DNA of 64,000 nucleotides from an uncultured Methanosarcinales archaeon (GTDB taxonomy: Archaea > Nanobdellota > Nanobdellia > Woesearchaeales > CAXGTL01). Position numbers and translations under genes: made by a program. The notes beneath the pieces were generated by a model that saw only the letters and a list, made by a program, of their open reading frames with translations, made no database searches and was not told where the DNA came from. The stretch is taken from contig CAZYAB010000002.1 of NCBI GenBank assembly GCA_964645705.1, positions 88,155 to 152,154 of the forward strand, given 5' to 3'. How positions within the stretch are numbered: the first letter of the stretch is position 1; each line of letters opens with the position of its first letter. This document shows positions 27,869 to 37,551 of the stretch, in pieces.

Positions 27869-29754
27869 AATATAAAAAAACATTAGGAACTGTAATGTCA
27901 TTGATAACTGCGCCTTTTTTATATTTTGCACAGCCTGCTAATGCAGAAACATTTTCACAAAGAGTTGCGAGAGAACAGAGAGAGTTTACAGAACAAACAC
28001 TAAAACAACAAAAAGAGTTCCAAGAACAAGTAAAAAAAGAGCAAAAAGAATTTGATGAATACATAAGACAAAGCAATATCCAATTCAGACAAGAACTTGA
28101 AAAAACAAGAATACAGTTTAATCAAAGAGTAAATAATTTCCACAATAATTCTCAAGATGAGATTTCTGATTTAGAAGAAAGAATTGCGCCTGTTAAAAGA
28201 CATTGGAATATAGTTCCAAGAAAAAGAATAATGCCAAGAAATAGAATAACAAGAAGAAGAAAAAGGGAAACTCAAGACAGTCATAAACTAAGACAAGAAT
28301 TCAATAAATTCAAAAAATCATTAGACACAATAGTTGACAATGATGTAAGACCTTTATTTTCTAACGAAGAAGCTTATCAATTTTTTAGATTGTCAAAGGT
28401 AGATGGAAGAGAAGATAAAGTAGAATTTGCAAAAAACCTTCACAATAAGTACAGCCAAATATGGCCTGCAGCAGAACACAAAGGTTTTCCATTGTTTAAA
28501 GCAAAAGAAATAATTAACATATATAATTTGGACAATGATTTTACACAACGTGTTGATGAATTATTAAAACATAAACCAGAACAAAACCATGGTAATCCTT
28601 TTTTTCATGATGGAGAACAAATATTAAGAGCTTATTTAAACAAGATGCCAGAGAAATTCATTAATGGCTGGGGGAAATTACTCGACAGACTAAATTTTGA
28701 TTGTGAATTCTTAAACAAAGCATGGGTATCACAATTATATGCAGACAGTGATTTTGTTACAAAAGCGCTTGCACTTGAAACAGAAAAAGGTGACAAGCTT
28801 TATGATAAATATGATAAAGATGCAAAAAGTCTACTAGAACTGCATCAACTAGGTGCAACAGCAGAAACATTAGAATTTTTTTCACAGTTTAGAAATAAGA
28901 ACGATTATTTTTCATTCAGGCCAGAACATCTTACAGAAATTATGAAAAAAGGCTTTGACCTTAACAATGAATACATACAACAATTACTAGAACTAGAAAA
29001 AAGAAACAAAGGAAAACTTACATTCAGAGACTTAGAAGATGCAACAGATATAAAAAATATGAACAACCCTAATTATGTATCATCATTATATAAAATTTTT
29101 AAAGAAATAGGGATTGATTATGAACTAAGCTTATCAAAGATCAAAAGATATTGTCAATTAAATTTACCATTAAGAGAAATCTTTTTTTACGATACAAGAA
29201 AACCAAATGCATTGATTGTATTGCCAACAGCAGACCACAATGATGCTTTTTATGGAGAATCCGGAAGAAATTTTATTAAAACAATATTAAGACAATATGA
29301 TTCGCAAATTCTAATCGCAGACACAGAAAAAGACGTATATGCTGGTTTGAAGTTTGTACCAAATATTTCATTAGCATCAATATCTGGTCACGGAACAAAA
29401 ACAACACTATCATTGGGAGAAGCAGACCTAAGATTATATACTGGTTCTGGTGACGAAACAAAAACAATCGACATTTCTGATACAGAATTTGTAGAACTTT
29501 TAAAAGAAACTAATCCGTATTGTGTTTTATTTTTATGGGCATGTAGTAATGGACAAGGCAGAGAATACGAAAATAATCTTGCTAATTTTTCAGCAAAATC
29601 AGGAAGAAAAGTGATTTCTGGTGATAATGTTTCTAACATTACAGAGATAACTTCATCATATCCTTTTGATGCTGAAGTCTATTATCATGATAAAAATACT
29701 AATCAGTATACTAAGGTTACGTATAAAATACACATAGGAGGTATGGCACAATGA
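27865..29754 (+). CDS. secreted coiled-coil protein with a C-terminal caspase-like (clan CD, C14/CHAT-type) cysteine peptidase domain
   Basis: Signal peptide 'LITAPFLYFAQPANAET'. The N-terminal region is heptad-repeat rich (Q/E/K). The C-terminal region has 'ALIVLP...ISGHGTK...CVLFLWACSNGQG', matching the His/Cys dyad context ('SGHG', 'xACxSG') of caspase-fold peptidases. Confidence 0.45.
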   Translation: MKYKKTLGTVMSLITAPFLYFAQPANAETFSQRVAREQREFTEQTLKQQKEFQEQVKKEQKEFDEYIRQSNIQFRQELEKTRIQFNQRVNNFHNNSQDEISDLEERIAPVKRHWNIVPRKRIMPRNRITRRRKRETQDSHKLRQEFNKFKKSLDTIVDNDVRPLFSNEEAYQFFRLSKVDGREDKVEFAKNLHNKYSQIWPAAEHKGFPLFKAKEIINIYNLDNDFTQRVDELLKHKPEQNHGNPFFHDGEQILRAYLNKMPEKFINGWGKLLDRLNFDCEFLNKAWVSQLYADSDFVTKALALETEKGDKLYDKYDKDAKSLLELHQLGATAETLEFFSQFRNKNDYFSFRPEHLTEIMKKGFDLNNEYIQQLLELEKRNKGKLTFRDLEDATDIKNMNNPNYVSSLYKIFKEIGIDYELSLSKIKRYCQLNLPLREIFFYDTRKPNALIVLPTADHNDAFYGESGRNFIKTILRQYDSQILIADTEKDVYAGLKFVPNISLASISGHGTKTTLSLGEADLRLYTGSGDETKTIDISDTEFVELLKETNPYCVLFLWACSNGQGREYENNLANFSAKSGRKVISGDNVSNITEITSSYPFDAEVYYHDKNTNQYTKVTYKIHIGGMAQ

Positions 29755-30605
29755 CAAAAATAAGGGACACATTTCCACATCATGAATTTAAAAGACAAAT
29801 TCTTGAAAAGAAAAAACAAGAACTCTTAGATGAAGTTGGTTTAAATAATGTATCACCTATTGATACAGAATACATGCCGCCTGAAAAAGTATTAGAATAC
29901 ATCTGTTCATTGCATGAGATAAGATTGCTTAACAAAGGATATGCAAGATTAAAAAAAACAATAGAAGTATTTTCAGCTTGTGCATTGCTTCAACTAATAC
30001 CTGGTTTTATTGGTTCACCAGGATTATCATTATTACTTACTGGATTCCCGCTAGCAGTTGGATTTCATAATTATGATAATATAAAAGAATTATTATTAAG
30101 AAGACCTGCTGGCAAGGACTTTTTTTATGATTTTGATGAAAACAAGTTCATGAACAGGCCACCTTTTAATAATAAAGGAGTGGATGTTCTTCCAATAAAG
30201 AGTATTGATGAATTTAACACAAGGTATGATTTTGTATTTGTAAATGGCTTTGAAATAATTGAATATAATTTTTATGATAAGAATGATCTTATTAGACACG
30301 ATGTTCCTGATAATCTTAAACATTGTTATGACGTGTCTGAGATTTTGAAAAAAGATTATGCAGGCTTAGCTTATATGAAAGGCTGGCTAAAAAGTGATGA
30401 ATTAGAAGCAAAGATTCTTACTCATGACGAAGTTCTTTGCAGAGACTTATCAGACTATAGGCCTGGTGATGCTTTGGCATTGTTTGGTCTTTATTGTCCT
30501 GATTCACAACCTGCCATAGAAATTCTTGACATAGACTTTGCAATAATTTCTAAACTGTCATTAGATGATTGCTCTGTTTCATTAGGGTATAAGGAGGAGA
30601 AATAA
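29751..30605 (+). CDS. membrane protein (hypothetical)
   Basis: TM segment 'LLQLIPGFIGSPGLSLLLTGFPLAVGF'. Overlaps the previous gene by 4 nt. Confidence 0.4.
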   Translation: MTKIRDTFPHHEFKRQILEKKKQELLDEVGLNNVSPIDTEYMPPEKVLEYICSLHEIRLLNKGYARLKKTIEVFSACALLQLIPGFIGSPGLSLLLTGFPLAVGFHNYDNIKELLLRRPAGKDFFYDFDENKFMNRPPFNNKGVDVLPIKSIDEFNTRYDFVFVNGFEIIEYNFYDKNDLIRHDVPDNLKHCYDVSEILKKDYAGLAYMKGWLKSDELEAKILTHDEVLCRDLSDYRPGDALALFGLYCPDSQPAIEILDIDFAIISKLSLDDCSVSLGYKEEK

Positions 30606-30607
30606 AA

Positions 30608-30982
30608 ATGTTACATAGAAACCAAGAAATAATTTATAGAAGAAATGGAAAAGAATTATGCAGGCTGGTTACAGATGATTGTAAAAAAATAGATATTGCA
30701 ACACTACAATATATAAGGGATTATCAACCATTTACAGAACCAGGAAATTTCTTAACAATTCCATTTAAAAAACGTGAAAAACGATCATCAACACTAAAAA
30801 CAGTTTCAAGAAAAGAAAATGTATTAGTTTGTGGAACAGGACATTCAACATATGAAATAGAATATGTGAACATTGACCTAGAACAAATGTTGATAGATGG
30901 TGCGTTCTTTGGCGTTAATGAAGAAGGAGACGGAATTAATCCTCCTTATTTTCCATTAGATCATAAGGTGAGAAAAGAATGA
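30608..30982 (+). CDS. hypothetical protein
   Basis: ORF in the coupled array. Confidence 0.35.
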   Translation: MLHRNQEIIYRRNGKELCRLVTDDCKKIDIATLQYIRDYQPFTEPGNFLTIPFKKREKRSSTLKTVSRKENVLVCGTGHSTYEIEYVNIDLEQMLIDGAFFGVNEEGDGINPPYFPLDHKVRKE

Positions 30983-31305
30983 CACAACAAGAACTAGAAA
31001 CAATAACAAAATCAGAAGCAGATGAATTATTTTTAGATGATATTTCTTCTGATATCAAGTATTTTGGGTTTGGAAGTCTTTATGGTATTAGTGCAGGAGT
31101 TACAATGATGGTTCATTCAAGTGTAGCCCATTTTAACTCACCCAAGTACATTCCATTGTTTTCATGTGGTACTGGTGCTTTATTAATATCAATTGGGGCT
31201 CAATTAAAATTAGCCTATAACATTTTTCACAAAACAAAGTCTTACTTAGAAAATCCTGAGAATTACGTAAACATGTATTCAAAGACATTAGGTGGTGAAG
31301 AATGA
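30979..31305 (+). CDS. hypothetical membrane protein
   Basis: Hydrophobic segments. Overlaps its neighbour by 4 nt. Confidence 0.35.
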   Translation: MTQQELETITKSEADELFLDDISSDIKYFGFGSLYGISAGVTMMVHSSVAHFNSPKYIPLFSCGTGALLISIGAQLKLAYNIFHKTKSYLENPENYVNMYSKTLGGEE

Positions 31306-31553
31306 AAAAACCTTCAATCATGGACAAAGATCTGGAATTAACAATAAAATTAGAATCATCTTCACATTTTTTAGATGCAATGGCTGTTTTGACAGTTTTT
31401 CCTCTTTTTGCAGGCATTGACATGTATTGCGATGGTGCAAACCCTCAACTAGGCGCAGCTTTAGTTCTATACTCAGTAGCACAGTTAGGACTTTATCTAG
31501 CAGACGGACTATCTATTAAAAAAGGAATTTATTATCATTCGGAGGATAAATAA
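31302..31553 (+). CDS. small membrane protein
   Basis: Two hydrophobic helices. Confidence 0.35.
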   Translation: MKKPSIMDKDLELTIKLESSSHFLDAMAVLTVFPLFAGIDMYCDGANPQLGAALVLYSVAQLGLYLADGLSIKKGIYYHSEDK

Positions 31554-31554
31554 A

Positions 31555-32133
31555 ATGACAAACTTATATTTAAATTCAATAAAGAAATTTTTAGGAATCA
31601 AAGATAATAAAGATACTGAACAAAAACCAAAAACAATAGATGACATTGTTCAGATAAAAGACAAGATCTTAGAAAAATACAGACAAAGAGGCCATCAAAG
31701 AGAAACAGATGATTCTTTGATAGTCACATACACTACTAGATGTTGCCATTATACTGGTATGATGCATTCTACAGGAATGAGGCCAAGCAGAAGGTATGAG
31801 ATAAATAAAAAATCAGGAAATGTGATTGTGACACATTATATTCAGGCAGAACATTATCTTCCTCCATCTCCTGCAACATTGTTATTAATGCCTTATGAAC
31901 CTAGTTCAAGAACAGAATATACTCCTAAAGAATTTTTAAAATATTTAAGAACAAAAGACAGAAGCTTAGGTAAAAAACTAAAGATTCCATTTGAAGAAAC
32001 ATTAAAAGGCAAGATAGAGAAAAGAGAAATCGAGTTTAGGAGAATATTGAGAGAATGCAAGGAAAAAGAAGAAGAAAAGAAAGAACAAGATAAAAAGAGA
32101 AAACAACAAGATGATGAGGATATTATATTGTAG
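31555..32133 (+). CDS. hypothetical protein with a K/E-rich C-terminal tail
   Basis: ORF, coupled. Confidence 0.35.
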   Translation: MTNLYLNSIKKFLGIKDNKDTEQKPKTIDDIVQIKDKILEKYRQRGHQRETDDSLIVTYTTRCCHYTGMMHSTGMRPSRRYEINKKSGNVIVTHYIQAEHYLPPSPATLLLMPYEPSSRTEYTPKEFLKYLRTKDRSLGKKLKIPFEETLKGKIEKREIEFRRILRECKEKEEEKKEQDKKRKQQDDEDIIL

Positions 32134-32136
32134 AAA

Positions 32137-32409
32137 ATGTCAAAACACCATACAATAAAATTAGGACAGGCGTGTGAAGAGGAGATAGGACCTTATGGGC
32201 CAAAAGTCACTTTTACTTATACAGGAATGCTTCCAGGAAACACAGTATTTGATATAACTTATGGTTTGATAGGACATGTGCCAGGAAAGCTTGTACATTA
32301 TCCAGTAGGCACCAAAACTCTTGAATATGGTGATAGAAAGTTTAGGGTGATAAATGTAACACCTGAAGAATTAATTGTAGAATATTTAGGAAAGGCGGAT
32401 AAAAAATGA
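32137..32409 (+). CDS. small hypothetical protein. Paralog of 32406-32747
   Basis: 'RVINVTPEELIVEYLGK' in this ORF matches 'RVISVTPEELVLEYIKE' in the paralog. Confidence 0.4.
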   Translation: MSKHHTIKLGQACEEEIGPYGPKVTFTYTGMLPGNTVFDITYGLIGHVPGKLVHYPVGTKTLEYGDRKFRVINVTPEELIVEYLGKADKK

Positions 32410-32747
32410 CAAAACAATACATACTAAAACTAGGAGAAAACATGACAAAGTATTACAAAGAAAATAAAACATCAATGTTTAAAGAACTTATTGATATCTT
32501 CAAATCTAAACCATCTGAAAATGGAATCCAAGATCTTGTCTATTGTGGATTGTCACCAGAAGAATCTATTTTTGACTTAAACATATATCATTATTGTCAC
32601 GAATCAATGAAAGAAAGACACATTACTGTACATTATCCTGCAGATGCTAGAATAATCAAAGTAAACCTTTATTCATACAGAGTAATAAGTGTAACACCAG
32701 AAGAATTGGTTTTAGAATATATCAAGGAGGAGAAAAATAAAAAATGA
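32406..32747 (+). CDS. small hypothetical protein. Paralog of 32137-32409
   Basis: As above. Confidence 0.4.
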   Translation: MTKQYILKLGENMTKYYKENKTSMFKELIDIFKSKPSENGIQDLVYCGLSPEESIFDLNIYHYCHESMKERHITVHYPADARIIKVNLYSYRVISVTPEELVLEYIKEEKNKK

Positions 32748-33490
32748 CAAACTTCCTAACATCACAACAAACTTTAGAACAGATCTGTGATATTGAACCA
32801 TCTAAAGATCTAGGAAATGGTATTATGAAATCTGTATTAGGTTTGCCTAGTGTAACTATTTCTACAATTGCATCAAAACACCTTATTTATGAAACAATAT
32901 ACACTATAAGGAGAAATCCTATAATCTCTTCTTTATCTGATAAGATTTGTGAATGTTCTATACAGGGTATGGGTTTAGTTTTAGCAGGAGTGTTTTTTTT
33001 AGGAGGGATGTATTGTTTATTAGATGCCACTTCATCTTTTTCATCAACAATGAAAAAGCAATCAAATTCTGTGTATTATGTTAATCAAGGATATTCAAAC
33101 AAAAACAGAATATTTAACAATTTATTTTGTGAAAAAGTAAAACCTATAGAAAGTAAAGATGAATTAGAAAAATACAAGGGTTTTGTTCTACTAAATGGAG
33201 TTTATGTCAAAGATGTTAAAACAAGACATAAAAGAGAACACAGCCCAACTATTATTGGCCCTGATGGCAGGTTTGATAAATATTATACACTTTTTGACTG
33301 TGATTTTAAAGGACAAAAACTAAAAGTTGTTTCAATTGATGAGGATATGTTTATGGGAAATACTGCCAAGGATGCTGTTAAAAAATTACTTTCATTAAAA
33401 GGCTCATATGTTTATTTAGGTGGTAAGGTTCGAAATAATCAAAATATGTTATTATATTCTTTTGGAAAAGCTTTGGAAGTGGAGGAATAA
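32744..33490 (+). CDS. membrane protein (hypothetical)
   Basis: TM 'MGLVLAGVFFLGGMYCLL'. Confidence 0.35.
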   Translation: MTNFLTSQQTLEQICDIEPSKDLGNGIMKSVLGLPSVTISTIASKHLIYETIYTIRRNPIISSLSDKICECSIQGMGLVLAGVFFLGGMYCLLDATSSFSSTMKKQSNSVYYVNQGYSNKNRIFNNLFCEKVKPIESKDELEKYKGFVLLNGVYVKDVKTRHKREHSPTIIGPDGRFDKYYTLFDCDFKGQKLKVVSIDEDMFMGNTAKDAVKKLLSLKGSYVYLGGKVRNNQNMLLYSFGKALEVEE

Positions 33491-33493
33491 AAA

Positions 33494-34282
33494 ATGACAG
33501 ACAAACTAAAGACACTCGGAATACCATTATTAATAACATGCTTAAGTTGTAACACAAATACTTTAGCACAAGAAAATAAACCAAAACAAAGAACTTTCAA
33601 TGAATCTTTATGGTATGATATATTGAAGAAAGACTATACAAAAGAGCAGGCAAGAGAGATATTGTCAGATCCTGATAAGTTTCTAGCTGAATATGATAAA
33701 CATACAATTGCTGATATTACTAAAATTAAAGCAAAAGATGGATCTATTGAAAAATATGCCAGAAGAGATCCAAGAATTTCCTCAGCATGGTTAGCACGTG
33801 AATTACTTCACACAATAAAAGGAGAAAATGATTTTTTAAAAAAACTTGTTGATATGTATTTAGAATATGAAGAAAAGCACAAGCAAGATCCTGGTTATAT
33901 GGAAATTTCTGATGCATTTATCCCTTGCTGTGCAATAAGAAACATGACTCCAGGAGATGATGCTTATTTTCAGAAATTATTAGATACAAAAGATAGTTAT
34001 CATATACAATTAGAAGCATTAAATAAAATGCCAGATGAAAAAAAGATTCCATTGATAATCTCTGGTTTAGATGATTATGGCAAAAACATAAGGGTTATTG
34101 AAAAACATCCTGGTGAATTACATTATTTTGAATCATTAGAGTATTTTGTTGCAAGAGATGCCTTATTAAGTGTAAATGACATCTCTTTTTTAGAAGAAAC
34201 AGCTAACAGAAAAGATCTTGGAGAGATGGCGATTTTTTGTGCTGAAGAAAGACTTAGACAATTAAGATCAAAAGGTGAATAA
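33494..34282 (+). CDS. secreted or lipoprotein-like hypothetical protein
   Basis: N-terminus 'LGIPLLITCLSCNTNTLAQE'. Confidence 0.4.
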   Translation: MTDKLKTLGIPLLITCLSCNTNTLAQENKPKQRTFNESLWYDILKKDYTKEQAREILSDPDKFLAEYDKHTIADITKIKAKDGSIEKYARRDPRISSAWLARELLHTIKGENDFLKKLVDMYLEYEEKHKQDPGYMEISDAFIPCCAIRNMTPGDDAYFQKLLDTKDSYHIQLEALNKMPDEKKIPLIISGLDDYGKNIRVIEKHPGELHYFESLEYFVARDALLSVNDISFLEETANRKDLGEMAIFCAEERLRQLRSKGE

Positions 34283-34285
34283 AAA

Positions 34286-34522
34286 ATGACAGAACAAAAC
34301 AATATAAAAGATTATTTGAATCAGACAAAAGTTAATTTATTAAGCTATTCAGGAGCAGCAAGCTTAGGTGGAATGCTTACTTCATATGCTATGCATGAAC
34401 CAGATGCATTGATGTTGACCTCAGCTCTATTTATAGGAACAAATGTAATGAAAGGCATAGAATATCTAATAGCTTACAGCAATATGCAATCTGATCATTA
34501 TAATAATAAAACAGGTGAATAA
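34286..34522 (+). CDS. small membrane protein
   Basis: Hydrophobic ORF. Confidence 0.3.
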   Translation: MTEQNNIKDYLNQTKVNLLSYSGAASLGGMLTSYAMHEPDALMLTSALFIGTNVMKGIEYLIAYSNMQSDHYNNKTGE

Positions 34523-34525
34523 AAA

Positions 34526-34924
34526 ATGACAGACATAGACTCAATATTAAACACAATTGCACAAGTAAACCCTTTTTTAGCAGCAAATGCATGGCGAGGT
34601 GTTGTAGGTTTTGGTACTGGAATTATGATTGGAATGATTGATATGACAGTTAACAGAGCAAATAATAAAAAAACCAGATATTTTTTAGACAAAAACTCAT
34701 ACCAGCAATTAGGTTTAGCATATTTAGCAGAAGTAGGAGCAAATACTTTTATTTGTGCTGCTGGTCTTGCAGAAAAAGCAAGTGAATACATGGCTAACCA
34801 ACATTTTGCAGATGATCTAGGTGGAATACTTGGATTTATGTGCGGTTATAATCTAGTAAAAGCAGGAGACGAAATCTTAAAACAAGAAGAATCAAATTAC
34901 AGAAGAAACAATTGTAATAGATAA
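34526..34924 (+). CDS. membrane protein (hypothetical). Last gene of the array
   Basis: Gly-rich TM helices. Confidence 0.35.
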   Translation: MTDIDSILNTIAQVNPFLAANAWRGVVGFGTGIMIGMIDMTVNRANNKKTRYFLDKNSYQQLGLAYLAEVGANTFICAAGLAEKASEYMANQHFADDLGGILGFMCGYNLVKAGDEILKQEESNYRRNNCNR

Positions 34925-34926
34925 CA

Positions 34927-36837
34927 TCACTTCAACCTAATGGCTTCCAAATCCCTAGGACAAGTAGTCTCTAACCTATATTGTTTATGCAAAGAAGAAG
35001 CTAAGTCTAAACACCTGGAATTCTCGCCATGATTAATTATGATCTTTTTAGGTCTAGGATCACATTTTCTCACAAAATTCATCAACTCATTTCTATCAGC
35101 GTGATTAGAAATTTCAAGAGCACTGTGTATTTGTATTTTTAATTCTAACATTTCTGTTTTTTGCCCTTGTTTGAAAACAATCTCTCGCTCGCCTCTTTGT
35201 ATTCTCTTACCAAGCGAACCTTCGCCTTGGTAACAAGAAAATATTAATGAATGTTTTTTATCAAAACCAAGCTCACGAAGATATTGAACACTTGGTCCAC
35301 CTATCAGCATACCAGATGTTGCTAATATAACACAAGGATTTTTTTCTAATATTAAATCTTTTCTTTCTTTTTGTGATCCTACTCTTTTGAATATTGGTGA
35401 TAAAAAAGGATTATTGTCTTTATGAAATATTTGTTTTGTTATCTGACGATTCAAGAATTCAGGATATGCAGTATGAATAGCAGTAATATCCCAGACCATC
35501 CCATCTATGTATACTGGAATTGCTTTCATCTCTTTATTTCTCACCATTGACTCAATCATCATCATTATTTCTTGTGCTTTTCCAGAACCAAGAACAGGCA
35601 TCAGCACTTTTCCCTTTCTTGCAATAGTATCTATTATGCATTGTTTTAATTTTTGATCTGCTTCTGTTCTTGTCAAATGCACGCAATCCCTTCCACCATA
35701 AGTTGATTCCATCATCAATGTTTCTAATCTTGGAAACTTTGTTGCCGCACCTTCTAACAACTGTGTTCTGTTGAATTTAAAATCCCCTGTATACAAGACA
35801 TTGTGCAAACCATTTCCAATATGCAGATGTGCCATTGATGAGCCTAAAATATGTCCTGCATTATACAATGTTAATCTAACATCAGGAGTTATATCAGAAA
35901 CTTCTTCATAATCCAAACAAATTGTATGTTTAACCATTTCTTTGATATCATCAGTTTCATAAATAGGATTTTTTCCTTCATTCTTCATAATCTTTACAGT
36001 GTCTAATTGTAACAATGACATTACATCTCTTGTTGGTAATGTACAATATACAGGCCCTTTATATCCATATTTAAATAAATAAGGGACCATTCCACTATGA
36101 TCAATATGAGAATGAGTAACAATAACAGCATCTAGTTCATTTATATTAAACTCAGGTGATTCTAAAAAAGGATAAGCATGTGTTTCAGATGCAACATTAA
36201 TACCACAGTCTAATAAAACCCTGGATTCTGGTGTTTGCAACAGTATGCATGATCTTCCAACTTCTCTTCCACCACCAAGATAAGAAACTCTAACCCATTC
36301 TTGTTTTCTGCCTCTTATCCATCCATCATAAATTCTGTGCCCTGCTTTGTTCAAGAACTTTCTTCTTTCATCAGAATTTTGATAAAGAACTGCACGAATA
36401 TTTTCAATTAATTTTGACCTTATTGAAGGTGTTCTTTTTATCAAAGGAACCCATAATGTTTTTCCTCTTATCTGCCTTAATAGTGAACCTTGTTTTCCAA
36501 TTGCCAGACCTGGTTTTTCAGCATGAATAATCACTTCAGATCTCTGTGGATCAAATATTATATCAGAAACTTTTGCTTCTTTTGGAACTATTTCTTTTAT
36601 TTGTTTTTCAGCTTTTTCCATTTCCATGCAAATAGAAGGATCTGGTCTAAGTTCAATTCTTTTCTTGAATTCATCAACAACTTTTTTTATTGTTCCTTTA
36701 TTATCTAAGAAATATTGTTTTTCTTTTGTATATACGACTATGTTTGCAGCTTCAAAACTAACATCACTAATTTTTCCACTAGGCAATCTTTTTGTAATCT
36801 CCTTAAGTATGTCTGGCATATATTTTTCCCCACCCAA
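34927..36837 (-). CDS. aCPSF1/FttA: archaeal KH-domain metallo-beta-lactamase / beta-CASP ribonuclease (transcription termination factor)
   Basis: 'IVTHSHIDHSGMVPYL' (HxHxDH), N-terminal KH region, 636 aa. Collinear with archaeal CPSF1. Confidence 0.85.
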   Translation of the reverse strand: MGGEKYMPDILKEITKRLPSGKISDVSFEAANIVVYTKEKQYFLDNKGTIKKVVDEFKKRIELRPDPSICMEMEKAEKQIKEIVPKEAKVSDIIFDPQRSEVIIHAEKPGLAIGKQGSLLRQIRGKTLWVPLIKRTPSIRSKLIENIRAVLYQNSDERRKFLNKAGHRIYDGWIRGRKQEWVRVSYLGGGREVGRSCILLQTPESRVLLDCGINVASETHAYPFLESPEFNINELDAVIVTHSHIDHSGMVPYLFKYGYKGPVYCTLPTRDVMSLLQLDTVKIMKNEGKNPIYETDDIKEMVKHTICLDYEEVSDITPDVRLTLYNAGHILGSSMAHLHIGNGLHNVLYTGDFKFNRTQLLEGAATKFPRLETLMMESTYGGRDCVHLTRTEADQKLKQCIIDTIARKGKVLMPVLGSGKAQEIMMMIESMVRNKEMKAIPVYIDGMVWDITAIHTAYPEFLNRQITKQIFHKDNNPFLSPIFKRVGSQKERKDLILEKNPCVILATSGMLIGGPSVQYLRELGFDKKHSLIFSCYQGEGSLGKRIQRGEREIVFKQGQKTEMLELKIQIHSALEISNHADRNELMNFVRKCDPRPKKIIINHGENSRCLDLASSLHKQYRLETTCPRDLEAIRLK

Positions 36838-36852
36838 TCTTGGTAGAACTAA

Positions 36853-37488
36853 TTATTCTTTTAATCTTGTATCAAGTTCTTTTTCAATAACTCTTTTAAC
36901 ACCATCTTTGGTGATTGTCAATACGTCTACTCCGTTTCCAGAAGCAATGTCTCTTTGCATTGCAGCATTCACAGATTTTAATGCAAGCTTTACTCCTTCA
37001 TCAACAGTCATAGCTTCTTTATATAATGTTTCTAAAACACCAAAAGCATAAACAGATCCTGACCCAGAACATGTGAAATCTTTGTGTTCTGATAATGATC
37101 CATCAGGAAAAATATCATAAAGAGTAAATCCAGAATTATCAACACCAGCAAACAAGAAATGAGATATTCCTGGTATTGTTGAGAACTTTCTTATGTTTTG
37201 ATAAACTAGTCCTGCTAATAAGTTAGCAGTTTCTTTAACAGTAGGATCTCTATCAACTCTAATAGATTTTAGCTTTATCTCTGCCCTTACTAGTTTAACC
37301 ATGAGCTGTATATCAGAAACAGTGCCTGCTGTTGTAAGAGCCATTTTATTAGTGATTTCGTGTATTTTTTGTTCTTTTTTATGCATTACTAAGTATCCTG
37401 CCGTTGCTCTTTTATCAGCAGCTAAAACTATTCCATCTTTACATACAATTCCTATAGTTGTAGTACCAGTTTTCAGAGTTTTTTCCAT
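36853..37488 (-). CDS. psmB: proteasome beta subunit (propeptide 'MEKTLKTG' followed by catalytic Thr1 in 'TTTIGIV')
   Basis: The N-terminus is typical of the Ntn-hydrolase 20S beta subunit ('TTTIGIVCKDGIVLAADKRAT'). Confidence 0.85.
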   Translation of the reverse strand: MEKTLKTGTTTIGIVCKDGIVLAADKRATAGYLVMHKKEQKIHEITNKMALTTAGTVSDIQLMVKLVRAEIKLKSIRVDRDPTVKETANLLAGLVYQNIRKFSTIPGISHFLFAGVDNSGFTLYDIFPDGSLSEHKDFTCSGSGSVYAFGVLETLYKEAMTVDEGVKLALKSVNAAMQRDIASGNGVDVLTITKDGVKRVIEKELDTRLKE

Positions 37489-37551
37489 ATTCTCAACCTC
37501 TTACGAGAATTCTATATGTAGTTAGGAAGGGGTTATTTATAAAGCTTACGC

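Noticed and set aside
25409-34924. A striking excess of small ORFs ending in C-terminal Glu, often Gly-Glu (for example ...FIGGE, ...SKGE, ...KTGE, ...LGGEE, ...LEVEE), which could have indicated multiple Pup/SAMP-like tags
   Set aside because: The terminal G-G-E or G-E codons are the embedded Shine-Dalgarno (GGAGG / GGTGA) plus a GAA-TAA stop of translationally coupled gene junctions. Only the 11138-11308 ORF has independent support (position and helix similarity) as a tag candidate.
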